DNA of 64,000 nt from Candidatus Poribacteria bacterium (GTDB lineage: Bacteria > Poribacteria > WGA-4E > WGA-3G). Shown one piece after another: positions 28,280 to 37,674 of the stretch; the stretch's first letter is position 1; each line of letters begins with the position of its first letter. The DNA is taken from positions 2,336,001 to 2,400,000 of the forward strand of contig OZ219753.1 of the NCBI GenBank assembly GCA_964291315.2. Reading direction: 5' to 3'. The position numbers were made by a program, and so were the translations under genes. Under the pieces are notes generated by a model. That model was not told where the DNA came from, did no database searches, and was given only the letters and a program-made list of their open reading frames with translations.

Positions 28280-29017
28280 TTAATGAACATGTTTACCCTC
28301 GGATGCTTGTAAAAAGTAGATCGCGCAGAACGTCAGAGCGAAACCGATGACAAACAGGAGCTTTGCAGTACGACTCACATGAACGTTCCCGGTAGGATAA
28401 CGTCCCCGGAACCCCTCCATTACGACATGCAGAAGAGTCCCTACCGCAAATGCTGTGAGGTAGTGTATCAGCTCCGCAAAATATCCGCGGAGCAGCTGTT
28501 CCCCGAGTAGCACACCGATCACCGGCCCAACTATCAGCGGTATCAATCGCCCCAGGGCGCTGCCAAAAGCGAGGTTCCGGAGAAGCACTGCAGTGATAAA
28601 CGTCCCAACTGGCAAACGATGGATGAGTATACCAAACGCAAGCGCACCGCCAAGCGTCTTCTCTCTTGCGGCGATAACCAGATTGAGACCGTCTGCCAGC
28701 GAGTGGAGCGATAAACCGAGTACTGTTAAGTTGATGCCCCACCTCCTATCCGGGCTCACCTCAGCTTCAGCCTGCCGGTGCGATGCCAAACGTTCTGCTG
28801 CCGAAATTAGGAGGAATCCACCCCACATCACGCCGATTGAAACATATCCTACCTCGATGTAAAGATGTATCATCATAACCAAAACCACTCCAAGCACTGC
28901 TCCAGCAATCAATCCGAAGAAGTTGCCAAAGTGTTTCTGATGGGCTTGCGATACAAAAGCGATGCCTGCACCAAGCGGAACCGTCAACACGGCGATTGCA
29001 AGATAAATTGTAAGCAT
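28280..29017 (-). CDS. ZIP-family-like divalent metal transporter
   Basis: Multiple TM helices; GLSLHSLADG and ILIHRLP metal motifs; GTLLHV. Confidence 0.75.
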   Translation of the reverse strand: MLTIYLAIAVLTVPLGAGIAFVSQAHQKHFGNFFGLIAGAVLGVVLVMMIHLYIEVGYVSIGVMWGGFLLISAAERLASHRQAEAEVSPDRRWGINLTVLGLSLHSLADGLNLVIAAREKTLGGALAFGILIHRLPVGTFITAVLLRNLAFGSALGRLIPLIVGPVIGVLLGEQLLRGYFAELIHYLTAFAVGTLLHVVMEGFRGRYPTGNVHVSRTAKLLFVIGFALTFCAIYFLQASEGKHVH

Positions 29018-29297
29018 AGTATAAATATAACAGAATTTGGGTTGAAAGGCAATCTAAATTCAGCAAACCGTATTCGATCAGACGAAGCAGCCCAGAAGAC
29101 CCTGTATCGTTCGCGGGAAAATACAAAATGTTCACGTCTAGAGGGGTTTATCATTCTTTACTTTTATGCTTGCCGTGTTTGTCCATTAATGTTATATTAA
29201 GGTTATGATAAGCCGACAAAAATGCAAATTTGCTGCGAATCGGACCTCAGATAGGACTTTATCCAACTTACTTCTGGTAAAGGAGCTATAAAAATAG

Positions 29298-29741
29298 ATG
29301 AAAATGGTAGATAAAATTTTTGATATACTCATAGGGTTTATGCTCAATCGAGATTTGGAAAGAGAGATGGGAGTTTGCCGTAAATTTTTAAATGGAAGAT
29401 TCGCTGAAATTCCAGCAAAGAGTATTGACAGACTGGTCGATTTTCTGATGGGGGCCCGTTACGCTTACTACTTAGAGATGCGCCGGAATATACTCGAAGG
29501 CGGAGTGGTCGAAGTGCCCTCAAATCTCTTTGATTGGAAAGCACTTGAGCGCGCCAGTACTTATTTGCGTGTCTATATGGAAGAGTTTCACGATCGGTTC
29601 AAGAGAGATTACGAAGGAAATTTCCCCGACGAAGATTTCAAGGATTGGTTTTACCGCTTTCATGTCGAACGTCCACAACGCGAAGCAACAAAAAAATCTG
29701 TTTCTGAGGCGCTGCTTTCTGACGATTTACCAAGAGTCTAA
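29298..29741 (+). CDS. Hypothetical protein
   Basis: 147-aa ORF with upstream AAGGAG and a TTGCCG-17-TATATT promoter-like element (29170-29198). Confidence 0.65.
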   Translation: MKMVDKIFDILIGFMLNRDLEREMGVCRKFLNGRFAEIPAKSIDRLVDFLMGARYAYYLEMRRNILEGGVVEVPSNLFDWKALERASTYLRVYMEEFHDRFKRDYEGNFPDEDFKDWFYRFHVERPQREATKKSVSEALLSDDLPRV

Positions 29742-29777
29742 GACTACCGGCACCGGAGCGCCGGGTTTAGAGACAAT

Positions 29778-30518
29778 TCAGACCGGCATGTCGTCATAAG
29801 TGCGCCCGTCTAGCTCCCGTCCGGTTTTCGATTTGCGTTTGCCGCCCCACTGCTTAAAGAAAAACGCCACTTCGGCGTTTGCACACTGGTTCCGGATGTC
29901 TATCACCCATTTTTTCTTCATTTCGCGCGCCCCGGGCCCGGACTCACCTCCCACAATCACCCAATCTATGCCATCTAACTCCAGATTTGGGAGAGCACCA
30001 AGTAGAGGCTCAAGTGAGAGGAATTTAATCTGCGCATCGCTCCGACGGAGAGATTCGATTCGATGGGTTTCGCGATGGTATTCAACACTAACGCCCATCC
30101 AAATGTTCGGTGGCCACGGTAAATTTGGGCTGCATTCCAACAGCCATTGTGCCCGTTTTGTGAGAACTTGGAATTGATGCCAATGCGCCCTTTCCATCAC
30201 AGAAAAGACCTCTTGAATGTAGGCGAATTCAATTTTCTCGTGAAACAGATCGCTCATGGAGTTAACAAAGATTCGGCGCGGCTTCTTCCACTTCAGCGGT
30301 GCGTTAAGCAGCTCCGGCACCGGGCGCACCTCTTTCGTCCACCGCGGTCCTGCCGGCGTATTTTCTGCTAAGCCCTCGTAGGCCATGCCCTTGCCTGAAA
30401 ACCGTGACGCTATCCGCTCGGCATAGCAAAATCGACAGCCCTCTGATACGCGCGTACAGCCGCGCACTGGATTCCACGTGGACTCGGTCCACTCGATTTT
30501 TGAGGATTGAGATGCCAT
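29778..30518 (-). CDS. DUF5131 / phage Gp37-Gp68 family radical-SAM-like protein
   Basis: IEWT..TWNP..GC..VS.GC..CYA, FVNSMSDLFH, FLSLEPLL, WVIVGGESG, FFKQWGG. Confidence 0.92.
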   Translation of the reverse strand: MASQSSKIEWTESTWNPVRGCTRVSEGCRFCYAERIASRFSGKGMAYEGLAENTPAGPRWTKEVRPVPELLNAPLKWKKPRRIFVNSMSDLFHEKIEFAYIQEVFSVMERAHWHQFQVLTKRAQWLLECSPNLPWPPNIWMGVSVEYHRETHRIESLRRSDAQIKFLSLEPLLGALPNLELDGIDWVIVGGESGPGAREMKKKWVIDIRNQCANAEVAFFFKQWGGKRKSKTGRELDGRTYDDMPV

Positions 30519-30596
30519 TGGGATCCCTCGTTATATAGAAAGAGTTACGCGTTAACTACTCTTCTCTTAGACCATTCAACCCATAAAACAGTGAGG

Positions 30597-31673
30597 CTAG
30601 AACTCATAAAGCGCTCGCGCGTTTTCTGCCATAATTTTCCGTTTTAAAGACGGCTCAAGACTTCGAGGGAGCGCCCGCTCCGGCGAATCAAAGTCCCAAT
30701 GCGGATAGTCGGTTGCGAACATCAATTTATCATCTAAGTCGAGCTGTACAAGAAGTTGATCGAAGTAGCCCGGCTTAGGGGGTTCTTCCATCGGTTGCGT
30801 GGTAATCCAGAAATGATCGCGGACGTACTCGGAGGGCAACCGTTTCAGCTCAGGAACCTCACCACGCAGTTTTTTCCACGCCCGATCAAGCCGCCACATG
30901 AGCGGCGGCAGCCAAGCAAACCCACCTTCAATCAGAACAACCTTCAACGTTGGAAATTGTTCAAAAACCCCCTCGCAAACGAGACTGGTTACCTGTGTCT
31001 GAAACGCTTGTGTCATGCCAGCATGGTCTTCGATATAGTGTGAGGGTTTACCGACAGCGGTGATCGGTCCCACCCCGACACCCGTGAAGTGAATGCCGAT
31101 CGGCAGATTATGCTGCACCGCTGCCTCATACATCTGCCAGTACCTCCGTCGCCCCAACGGTTCCATGGTTCGAGCCAGCAGCAATATTTGCACAAATCCG
31201 GTATGCGCTGCAAGCCGATGAATCTCGGCAGTGGTGAATGCTGCATCGTCACAGGCAACGATAATTGAGGCGCGGAGTCTCGGTTCTTTTTCAAGCCACT
31301 CTGCAATTTGCCAGTCGTTCACAGCGCTTGCCCACGCCGCTGCAAACGCAAGGTTAGGCATTTCACAGACAGGGGTGAGACAGTTAAGAATACCGTATTC
31401 TATATCAAATAGATCCAAGAGCTGCTCGCGCAGAAAACCGAGGTCGGATCCGGGGCGCTGTCCAGACGGTGTCCAAGCGTCGTATCTTGCACCAAACGGA
31501 TGCGCGCGCGGCACATATGCCCCGACCCGGTCCGTTGTGCCTACCATGCCGTGATGCTTCCGCCAACGTTCGGAGAGATATGGATACAACACCGTCTCGG
31601 AGGCGAGCGTATTGTGAACGTCACAGTCAATGACACGTGGTTTCTGCTGTTCAAATATCTCCGTTTTCGACAT
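30597..31673 (-). CDS. Amidohydrolase-fold protein (amidohydrolase-related dinuclear oxygenase-like), partner B
   Basis: IDCDVH, PGSDL, LP.GIH, EGGF.W, TTQP.E, FATDYPHWDFD; start moved to ATG 31673 (GGAGG RBS). Confidence 0.85.
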   Translation of the reverse strand: MSKTEIFEQQKPRVIDCDVHNTLASETVLYPYLSERWRKHHGMVGTTDRVGAYVPRAHPFGARYDAWTPSGQRPGSDLGFLREQLLDLFDIEYGILNCLTPVCEMPNLAFAAAWASAVNDWQIAEWLEKEPRLRASIIVACDDAAFTTAEIHRLAAHTGFVQILLLARTMEPLGRRRYWQMYEAAVQHNLPIGIHFTGVGVGPITAVGKPSHYIEDHAGMTQAFQTQVTSLVCEGVFEQFPTLKVVLIEGGFAWLPPLMWRLDRAWKKLRGEVPELKRLPSEYVRDHFWITTQPMEEPPKPGYFDQLLVQLDLDDKLMFATDYPHWDFDSPERALPRSLEPSLKRKIMAENARALYEF

Positions 31674-31816
31674 TTCTTTCCTCCACTTTAAATGTAGCGC
31701 CCACAGGAGGCACACGCTGTTGGTTTCCCGTGCCACGGACTTTTAGCATAACTTGTCGAATTCCGGTGCCACTTTAGAGGCTCCAAATAATTATCAAGAT
31801 CGCATTACCCATCTCA

Positions 31817-32587
31817 TTATTTTTCAGTTTTCAGGCGTTTTATTTCTGCCAATGCCGCTGCGAGTTCTGCGGCTGCAGCGGCTGCCCTGGCATCGGCATC
31901 TGCTGCCCGTGTTTCTGCGCGTTGTCGTGCCTTTGCCTCTGCTTGTGCGCGGGCATCAGCCTCTTGTCGTGCCTTTGCCTCTGCGGCTGCCCTGGCATCG
32001 GCGTGTCTAACCCGTCTCTCCAAAGGCTCCAGCCACGCTGAACGAACAGGATCATACAAACCGAGAACCCCATCACGCTCGCCTAACTCTAAACCCAGCA
32101 CAACCGACGGCAGACGATCCCCCACAAAACCTATCTCCTCATACACACCATCAACAAGACGATACCCGAGAAAAGAAGGCGACACCTCACCATAAGGATC
32201 GTAAATGTAATACTCGCGCACCCCAAGCACCGACGCATACAGCTCACGCTTAGCAGTCAAGTCCTGCCTATACGTGCTGCGACTCGCTAACTCTAAGATA
32301 AAATCGGGCGCATGTCCCTCTTCCCAGACCCGATAGGTGCGCCGCTGCTTTTTACTCACACCGAACACAACAAACACATCCGGCGATACCGATTTCCTCG
32401 GGTTGCCCTCCTCATAATACAGCATCAGATTGCCAGAGACGTATGCATCGTTGACATCTTGGAAGTGGTGCTCCAGCATCTGAATGCAGTCGATCATAAG
32501 TTTTCTGTGTTTGTCGGTTTCTGCCATAGGTTTATCGTCCGATTCGGGATAGACGAGCGTTGGAGCGGCTTTTATTTTGCTACACAT
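31817..32587 (-). CDS. Uma2 (DUF820) family PD-(D/E)XK endonuclease, copy 1, 256 aa
   Basis: YPESD.KPMAE, SPDVFVV, PDF.LE.AS, K..Y..LGV.EY..YDP; Ala-rich coiled-coil tail. Confidence 0.9.
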   Translation of the reverse strand: MCSKIKAAPTLVYPESDDKPMAETDKHRKLMIDCIQMLEHHFQDVNDAYVSGNLMLYYEEGNPRKSVSPDVFVVFGVSKKQRRTYRVWEEGHAPDFILELASRSTYRQDLTAKRELYASVLGVREYYIYDPYGEVSPSFLGYRLVDGVYEEIGFVGDRLPSVVLGLELGERDGVLGLYDPVRSAWLEPLERRVRHADARAAAEAKARQEADARAQAEAKARQRAETRAADADARAAAAAAELAAALAEIKRLKTEK

Positions 32588-32704
32588 AGGTCTGCCTCCT
32601 GCCTCTACTATCGTAATGAACTTATAGAATAAAGTATATCAGCAAAAGCTGGATATATCAAGTGGCTGATCTCAATAATTATCAAGGTTGCGTTGGGTAT
32701 ATGA

Positions 32705-33517
32705 TTACGTGTCAGTTTTTAGGCGTTTGAGTTCAGCCAATGCGTCTGCGAGCTCTGCGTCTGCAGCGGCTGCTTGTTGTCGTGCTTCTTCTGCTTGATC
32801 TTGAGCCTCTTGTCGTGCCTTTGCCTCTGCTTGTGCGCGGGCATCAGCCTCTTGTCGTGCCTTTGCCTCTGCTTGTGCGCGGGCATCAGCCTCTTGTCGT
32901 GCCTTTGCCTCTGCGGCTGCGCGTGCATCGGCGTGTCTAACCCGTCTCTCCAAAGGCTCCAGCCACGCTGAACGAATAGGATCATACAACCCGAGAGCCC
33001 CATCACGCTCACCTAACTCTAAACCCAGCACAAGCGACGGCAGACGATCCCCCACAAAACCTATCTCCTCATACACACCATCAACAAGGCGATACCCGAG
33101 AAAAGAAGGCGACACCTCACCATAAGGATCGTAAATGTAATACTCGCGCACCCCAAGCACCGACGCATACAACTCACGCTTAGCAGTCAAGTCCTGCCGA
33201 TAGGTGCTGCGACTCGCTAACTCTAAGATAAAATCAGGCACCTGCCCCTCTTCCCAGACCCGATAGGTGCGCCGATCCTTTTTGCTGACACCGAAGACAA
33301 CAAACACATCCGGCGATACCGATTTCCTCGGGTTGCCCTCCTCATAATACAGCATCAGATTGCCAGAGACATATGCGTCGTTGACATCTTGGAAGTGGTG
33401 CTCCAGCATCTGAATGCAGTCGATCATAAGTTTTCTGTGTTTGTCGGTTTCTGCCATAGGTTTATCGTCCGATTCGGGATAGACGAGCGTTGGAGCGGCT
33501 TTTATTTTGCTACACAT
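32705..33517 (-). CDS. Uma2 family endonuclease, copy 2, 270 aa
   Basis: Near-identical to copy 1; one extra 14-aa repeat. Confidence 0.9.
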   Translation of the reverse strand: MCSKIKAAPTLVYPESDDKPMAETDKHRKLMIDCIQMLEHHFQDVNDAYVSGNLMLYYEEGNPRKSVSPDVFVVFGVSKKDRRTYRVWEEGQVPDFILELASRSTYRQDLTAKRELYASVLGVREYYIYDPYGEVSPSFLGYRLVDGVYEEIGFVGDRLPSLVLGLELGERDGALGLYDPIRSAWLEPLERRVRHADARAAAEAKARQEADARAQAEAKARQEADARAQAEAKARQEAQDQAEEARQQAAAADAELADALAELKRLKTDT

Positions 33518-33634
33518 AGGTCTGCCTCCTGCCTCTACTATCGTAATAAACTTATAGAATAAAGTATATCAGCAAAAGCTGGATATATCAAGTGGCTGAT
33601 CTCAATAATTATCAAGGTTGCGTTGGGTATATGA

Positions 33635-34489
33635 TTACGTGTCAGTTTTCAGGCGTTTGAGTTCAGCCAATGCGTCTGCGAGCTCTGCGTCTGCAGCGGC
33701 TGCTTGTTGTCGTGCTTCTTCTGCTTGATCTTGAGCCTCTTGTCGTGCCTTTGCCTCTGCTTGTGCGCGGGCATCAGCCTCTTGTCGTGCCTTTGCCTCT
33801 GCTTGTGCGCGGGCATCAGCCTCTTGTCGTGCCTTTGCCTCTGCTTGTGCGCGGGCATCAGCCTCTTGTCGTGCCTTTGCCTCTGCGGCTGCCCTGGCAT
33901 CGGCGTGTCTAACCCGTCTCTCCAAAGGCTCCAGCCACGCTGAACGAACAGGATCATACAAACCGAGAACCCCATCACGCTCACCTAACTCTAAACCCAG
34001 CACAAGCGACGGCAGACGATCCCCCACAAAACCTATCTCCTCATACACACCATCAACAAGACGATACCCGAGAAAAGAAGGCGACACCTCACCATAAAGA
34101 TCGTAAATGTAATACTCGCGCACCCCAAGCACCGACGCATACAGCTCACGCTTAGCAGTCAAGTCCTGCCGATACGTGCTGCGACTCGCCAACTCTAACA
34201 CAAAATCGGGCGAATGTCCCTCTTCCCAGACCCGATACGTCCGCCGCTGCTTTTTACTCACACCGAACACAACAAACACATCCGGCGATACCGATTTCCT
34301 CGGGTTGCCCTCCTCATAATACAGCATCAGATTGCCAGAGACGTATGCATCGTTGATATTTTCGAAGTGGTGCTTGAGCATTTGAATGCAATCCATCATG
34401 AGGTCTCTGTGTTTCTCGGTCTCTGCCATAGGTTTATCGTCCGATTCGGGATAGACGAGCGTTGGAGCGGCTTTTATTTTGCTACACAT
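33635..34489 (-). CDS. Uma2 family endonuclease, copy 3, 284 aa
   Basis: Near-identical paralog; two extra 14-aa repeats. Confidence 0.9.
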   Translation of the reverse strand: MCSKIKAAPTLVYPESDDKPMAETEKHRDLMMDCIQMLKHHFENINDAYVSGNLMLYYEEGNPRKSVSPDVFVVFGVSKKQRRTYRVWEEGHSPDFVLELASRSTYRQDLTAKRELYASVLGVREYYIYDLYGEVSPSFLGYRLVDGVYEEIGFVGDRLPSLVLGLELGERDGVLGLYDPVRSAWLEPLERRVRHADARAAAEAKARQEADARAQAEAKARQEADARAQAEAKARQEADARAQAEAKARQEAQDQAEEARQQAAAADAELADALAELKRLKTDT

Positions 34490-34694
34490 AGGTCTGCCTC
34501 CTGCCTCTACTATCGTAATGAACTTATAGAATAAAGTATATCAGCAAAAGCGGGCTATATCAAGTTTTTTCATGAAGAGCAAAGTGGGGATATTCGTGTT
34601 ATTATCTGCCCCTAAAATTTCAGATAGATGGAGGTTAACGTATCTTGCCTTTCTGACGCTGCGTGAAGAAAACAAAATAGGCAGCGGCTGGGGT

Positions 34695-34737
34695 AAAAAA
34701 CGTTGGGGGTGAAACATACGTTCCACCCCCAACGTTT
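34695..34737 (-). terminator. Intrinsic terminator of the lamin-tail gene
   Basis: 18-bp near-perfect stem AAACGTTGGGGGTGAAAC / GTTCCACCCCCAACGTTT with a U-tract on the minus strand. Confidence 0.8.
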
Positions 34738-34788
34738 GATACGTCAGATTCAGATATGTCTTTGTCTCTCTAGAACCGATGCGGTCTG

Positions 34789-37674
34789 CTATCTAGCAGA
34801 CGATTTCAGCTCTCCCCAACGCGTCGTGAGCTTACCCCTCGCAGAGACATCCCCACGCAGATGCGTCGTCCGTAAGGTTGTGCGCACCCCGTCCATAGAG
34901 ACATCTTCTATCTGGTAATAATACACCACGTTAGGTTTCGCAGTGGTATCTCTGTATTTATATACATGCTTCTCAGACGTCGTGCCGTGTCCCGCAATCA
35001 GACCCTCGGCGTTGATAACCGAAAACTCACCCGTCTTGCTCTCACTGCGTAGGATGTTGAACCCCGCATTGTTGAGTTCGGACTGCGTTACCCACGTAAT
35101 CTCAACGTGGCCTGTCGAGGCGTCGCGAACAGGACGGAAACTCGAGAGCGACACGGGCAGCGGGCCACCGAGCCGATAGCCGGGCGTGCCGATATCGTCA
35201 CGATGTCCGTAGTACGTCAATGAGGCATCCACAAGCTTCCGCCAAGAGGCTTTCATCAAACCAGGATCCGCATCATGCGGACCAGAACTCCCCCCTAGGG
35301 CGAAGATACCGCCATACTTGCGCACAATAGACATCCGCACATCCCCACGCTTCGGCAGCTCCCACGCACGCTTGCGCAGACCATCCGCTATCTCAACGTT
35401 GCCAGCTGTGTCTATGACCCGCAGCTGCGACTGACCGTCTTCGCTGACCTTCGCACGAAGCTCCAGATGGAAGCCCTCCGCACTTAGCAGCCGGCGACCG
35501 TTCGTCGTCAACCCGAGATCGCTACGATGCTTCTGCTGCAAATTGTATACGTAGTTCTCCGGCACATCGTTCACACCGCTCTTCGACACCAGCAGCAACG
35601 TCTGATTCGGCGGGATATACGTCTCCGCATCAAATGTGAACGACGCATCTACATACGCATCTACGTTTGTGTCCGAGTTGCGGATCTCAAACTCCCAACC
35701 CGCAAGGTTTACCGTCTCCATCATAGAACTATTGTAGAGCTCTATCCACTGCACCAAGTCCCACCGCGGTCCCGCATCATACATGATCTCGCTGATCGTC
35801 ACCGCACCCGCAAACGCGTAGTCGTCATCCGTCGACGAGGTATCTCTATCGTTAGCGATCATGCCCACTGCCATGTTCGGATACCCCGGCGTGCCAGGGG
35901 AACTCACCTTGTCAATCACTTTATCTTTGCCGCGATCGTAGCCAGCACCCATGAAACCAAACGACTGCCAGTCGTCTTTGTGGACACGATTCGCACGAGA
36001 CTTCGCCCAATACATCCCCTTCGCGTTTAAGTGCACACCGCGACCGAACGACGCACTCCGAGAAGAGAAGGTGTTCATACCACCGAAGTCGTTATCATCC
36101 ACATCTCCCGGCTTCGACCAGCCCACGAACGGCCAGAGGTACGTGTTGAACTTCTTATCTTCCATGCGCTTGAAGAAACCGTTGCCAGCGTAGTCTTTGA
36201 TGTTCGTCGGCTTGCCAACATCATCCGCATGATTCCGCGTGCGCAACAGGATCAGGAACTTGCCCGTAGCAGGCAGACTCAGATCCTTCGCAACCGCATA
36301 CTTGTGCGTCGCCCCCATGTTGACGTCCGTTCTGTCCAACAGGTTGCTAACGTTCACACCCCCAGCGAGCTTAACGCTCTTCCCAGGCTCCCGGTTATAG
36401 ACCACCAGATACTCCCCAGGCCGCATCTTGTATTTCGGCAGCACCGCAAGGCTCGTCTCCGTGAAGTTGGCATCCCCAGACTCGTTATACCCGCTACCAT
36501 CAGACTTCATCTTCCCCATCACCAAGCTCAACTTATAGTTCTCTATGCTTATAGGGGCAGCCGCCGCGTCATCGGTATTATAGAACAACTCTACCCAATC
36601 CAAGTTTGTGTTTGACGGGTCGTTGTACACCTCATTGATGATGATGCCAGTAGCCGCGATATCGGCAGGCGCCTTATCAAACCTCACTACACTTGGACCG
36701 CCAAAAGGCACGTGAACGCTGCCCGGGGAACCGATGAAGTGCTCGGTCATGTTTGCTTTGCTGAGCGACTCCTTCCAGGAGTCCAGTTTGCTGCCGTCAC
36801 CGAGGCCATCCAATTTACCATCTTTGAGCGCATACGCCTTCCCTGTGCTGTCGAGTTTGATATCCCGATACATAGAGACCAAAGGCTTCGGAGGCAGACC
36901 GACATTTGCGTTGCCATCGGTATCACCGTCTTGACCCGGCGCATCCGGGAACCAATTCCGCCCCCAACGATCGATCGTTGACATACTATCCAAAACGACA
37001 TAATACAGGGTCGACCTAGAGACTTGTCGTCCCCACCTCTCCCCCGGAGCAGGCATCTGGGTAGAATCACTATATGGCCATAGCTGGACGAGATCACCAT
37101 CTTTCAAAGGCTTATTGACGTAAGTTTCAACCCATTGGGCTGCTTCATCCGGCTCGGGGTGATCATCACCCTCAGTTCTCGCAGCGGCATTCTGCGCCCA
37201 CATTATCTCGCTGATAACTATTGCGTGCTTGAGCTCCATAAACTTGGCTTTTGTCTCGTCAGTAAGTTTATCGGCTGCTACTGTCAACTCTGCGTTTTCA
37301 TCGCTAAGCGTGAACTCTTTGCCCACGTTGAAAGCCCGGTCACTACTGGTCGCAATTTTCAGGGTAAGAAATAACCCGCCGCCTCCGCGGAATAGGTTCT
37401 GAAGCTCCTCCCACTCATTAAAGCCGCCCTGGTTCCGCTGTGTCCCTTTTACCGTGTCCACGATGCCGTGGTCTTCTATTTTGGGTTCTGTGTTAGCAGG
37501 AAGTCCTATGCCGGGTGTGAAAGTTCGTCCGGCTGTGAAAATGTAAAACCCTTTCTCCGCTTCCCATTCGTCATCAAGCGTAAGAGCGGAAACCTGGGAG
37601 GTTGCGAAGAGGCACACCAGCCCCAACCCTACAAACAGTCTCATTTTATTACATAACATTGACATTAGTCTCAT
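34789..37674 (-). CDS. Secreted multi-lamin-tail-domain surface protein with C-terminal sorting-like motif
   Basis: Signal peptide; three I(S/N)E(I/V)...(W)(V/I)E..Y...(S/T)PG lamin-tail modules; PLPVSLSSF..YYYQIEDV domain; ends in VSARGKLTTRWGELK. Confidence 0.85.
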   Translation of the reverse strand: MRLMSMLCNKMRLFVGLGLVCLFATSQVSALTLDDEWEAEKGFYIFTAGRTFTPGIGLPANTEPKIEDHGIVDTVKGTQRNQGGFNEWEELQNLFRGGGGLFLTLKIATSSDRAFNVGKEFTLSDENAELTVAADKLTDETKAKFMELKHAIVISEIMWAQNAAARTEGDDHPEPDEAAQWVETYVNKPLKDGDLVQLWPYSDSTQMPAPGERWGRQVSRSTLYYVVLDSMSTIDRWGRNWFPDAPGQDGDTDGNANVGLPPKPLVSMYRDIKLDSTGKAYALKDGKLDGLGDGSKLDSWKESLSKANMTEHFIGSPGSVHVPFGGPSVVRFDKAPADIAATGIIINEVYNDPSNTNLDWVELFYNTDDAAAAPISIENYKLSLVMGKMKSDGSGYNESGDANFTETSLAVLPKYKMRPGEYLVVYNREPGKSVKLAGGVNVSNLLDRTDVNMGATHKYAVAKDLSLPATGKFLILLRTRNHADDVGKPTNIKDYAGNGFFKRMEDKKFNTYLWPFVGWSKPGDVDDNDFGGMNTFSSRSASFGRGVHLNAKGMYWAKSRANRVHKDDWQSFGFMGAGYDRGKDKVIDKVSSPGTPGYPNMAVGMIANDRDTSSTDDDYAFAGAVTISEIMYDAGPRWDLVQWIELYNSSMMETVNLAGWEFEIRNSDTNVDAYVDASFTFDAETYIPPNQTLLLVSKSGVNDVPENYVYNLQQKHRSDLGLTTNGRRLLSAEGFHLELRAKVSEDGQSQLRVIDTAGNVEIADGLRKRAWELPKRGDVRMSIVRKYGGIFALGGSSGPHDADPGLMKASWRKLVDASLTYYGHRDDIGTPGYRLGGPLPVSLSSFRPVRDASTGHVEITWVTQSELNNAGFNILRSESKTGEFSVINAEGLIAGHGTTSEKHVYKYRDTTAKPNVVYYYQIEDVSMDGVRTTLRTTHLRGDVSARGKLTTRWGELKSSAR

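Larger units (their letters stand above)
31786..34564 (-). repeat. Tandem triplication of an ~890-970-bp Uma2 unit including promoter and RBS; internal 42-bp repeats
   Basis: Near-identical upstream sequences at 32588-32662, 33518-33592 and 34490-34564; CTCAATAATT recurs 930 bp apart (32671, 33601); each copy has TTGATA-17-TATACT. Confidence 0.92.

Noticed and set aside
31720-31775. Two TGGCAC hexamers on the minus strand as sigma54 promoters
   Set aside because: Neither has TTGC at the -12 position.
32660-32704. Integron attC interpretation (ACCCAAC fits RYYYAAC just after the Uma2 stop)
   Set aside because: No complementary GTTRRRY core or attC hairpin downstream, no integrase, and each unit has its own promoter.
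33730-33890. 42-bp tandem repeats resembling a CRISPR array
   Set aside because: They are contiguous with no unique spacers, in frame within Uma2 coding sequence, and there are no cas genes.
31817-37674. Diversity-generating retroelement
   Set aside because: No reverse transcriptase, and differences between copies are not restricted to adenines.
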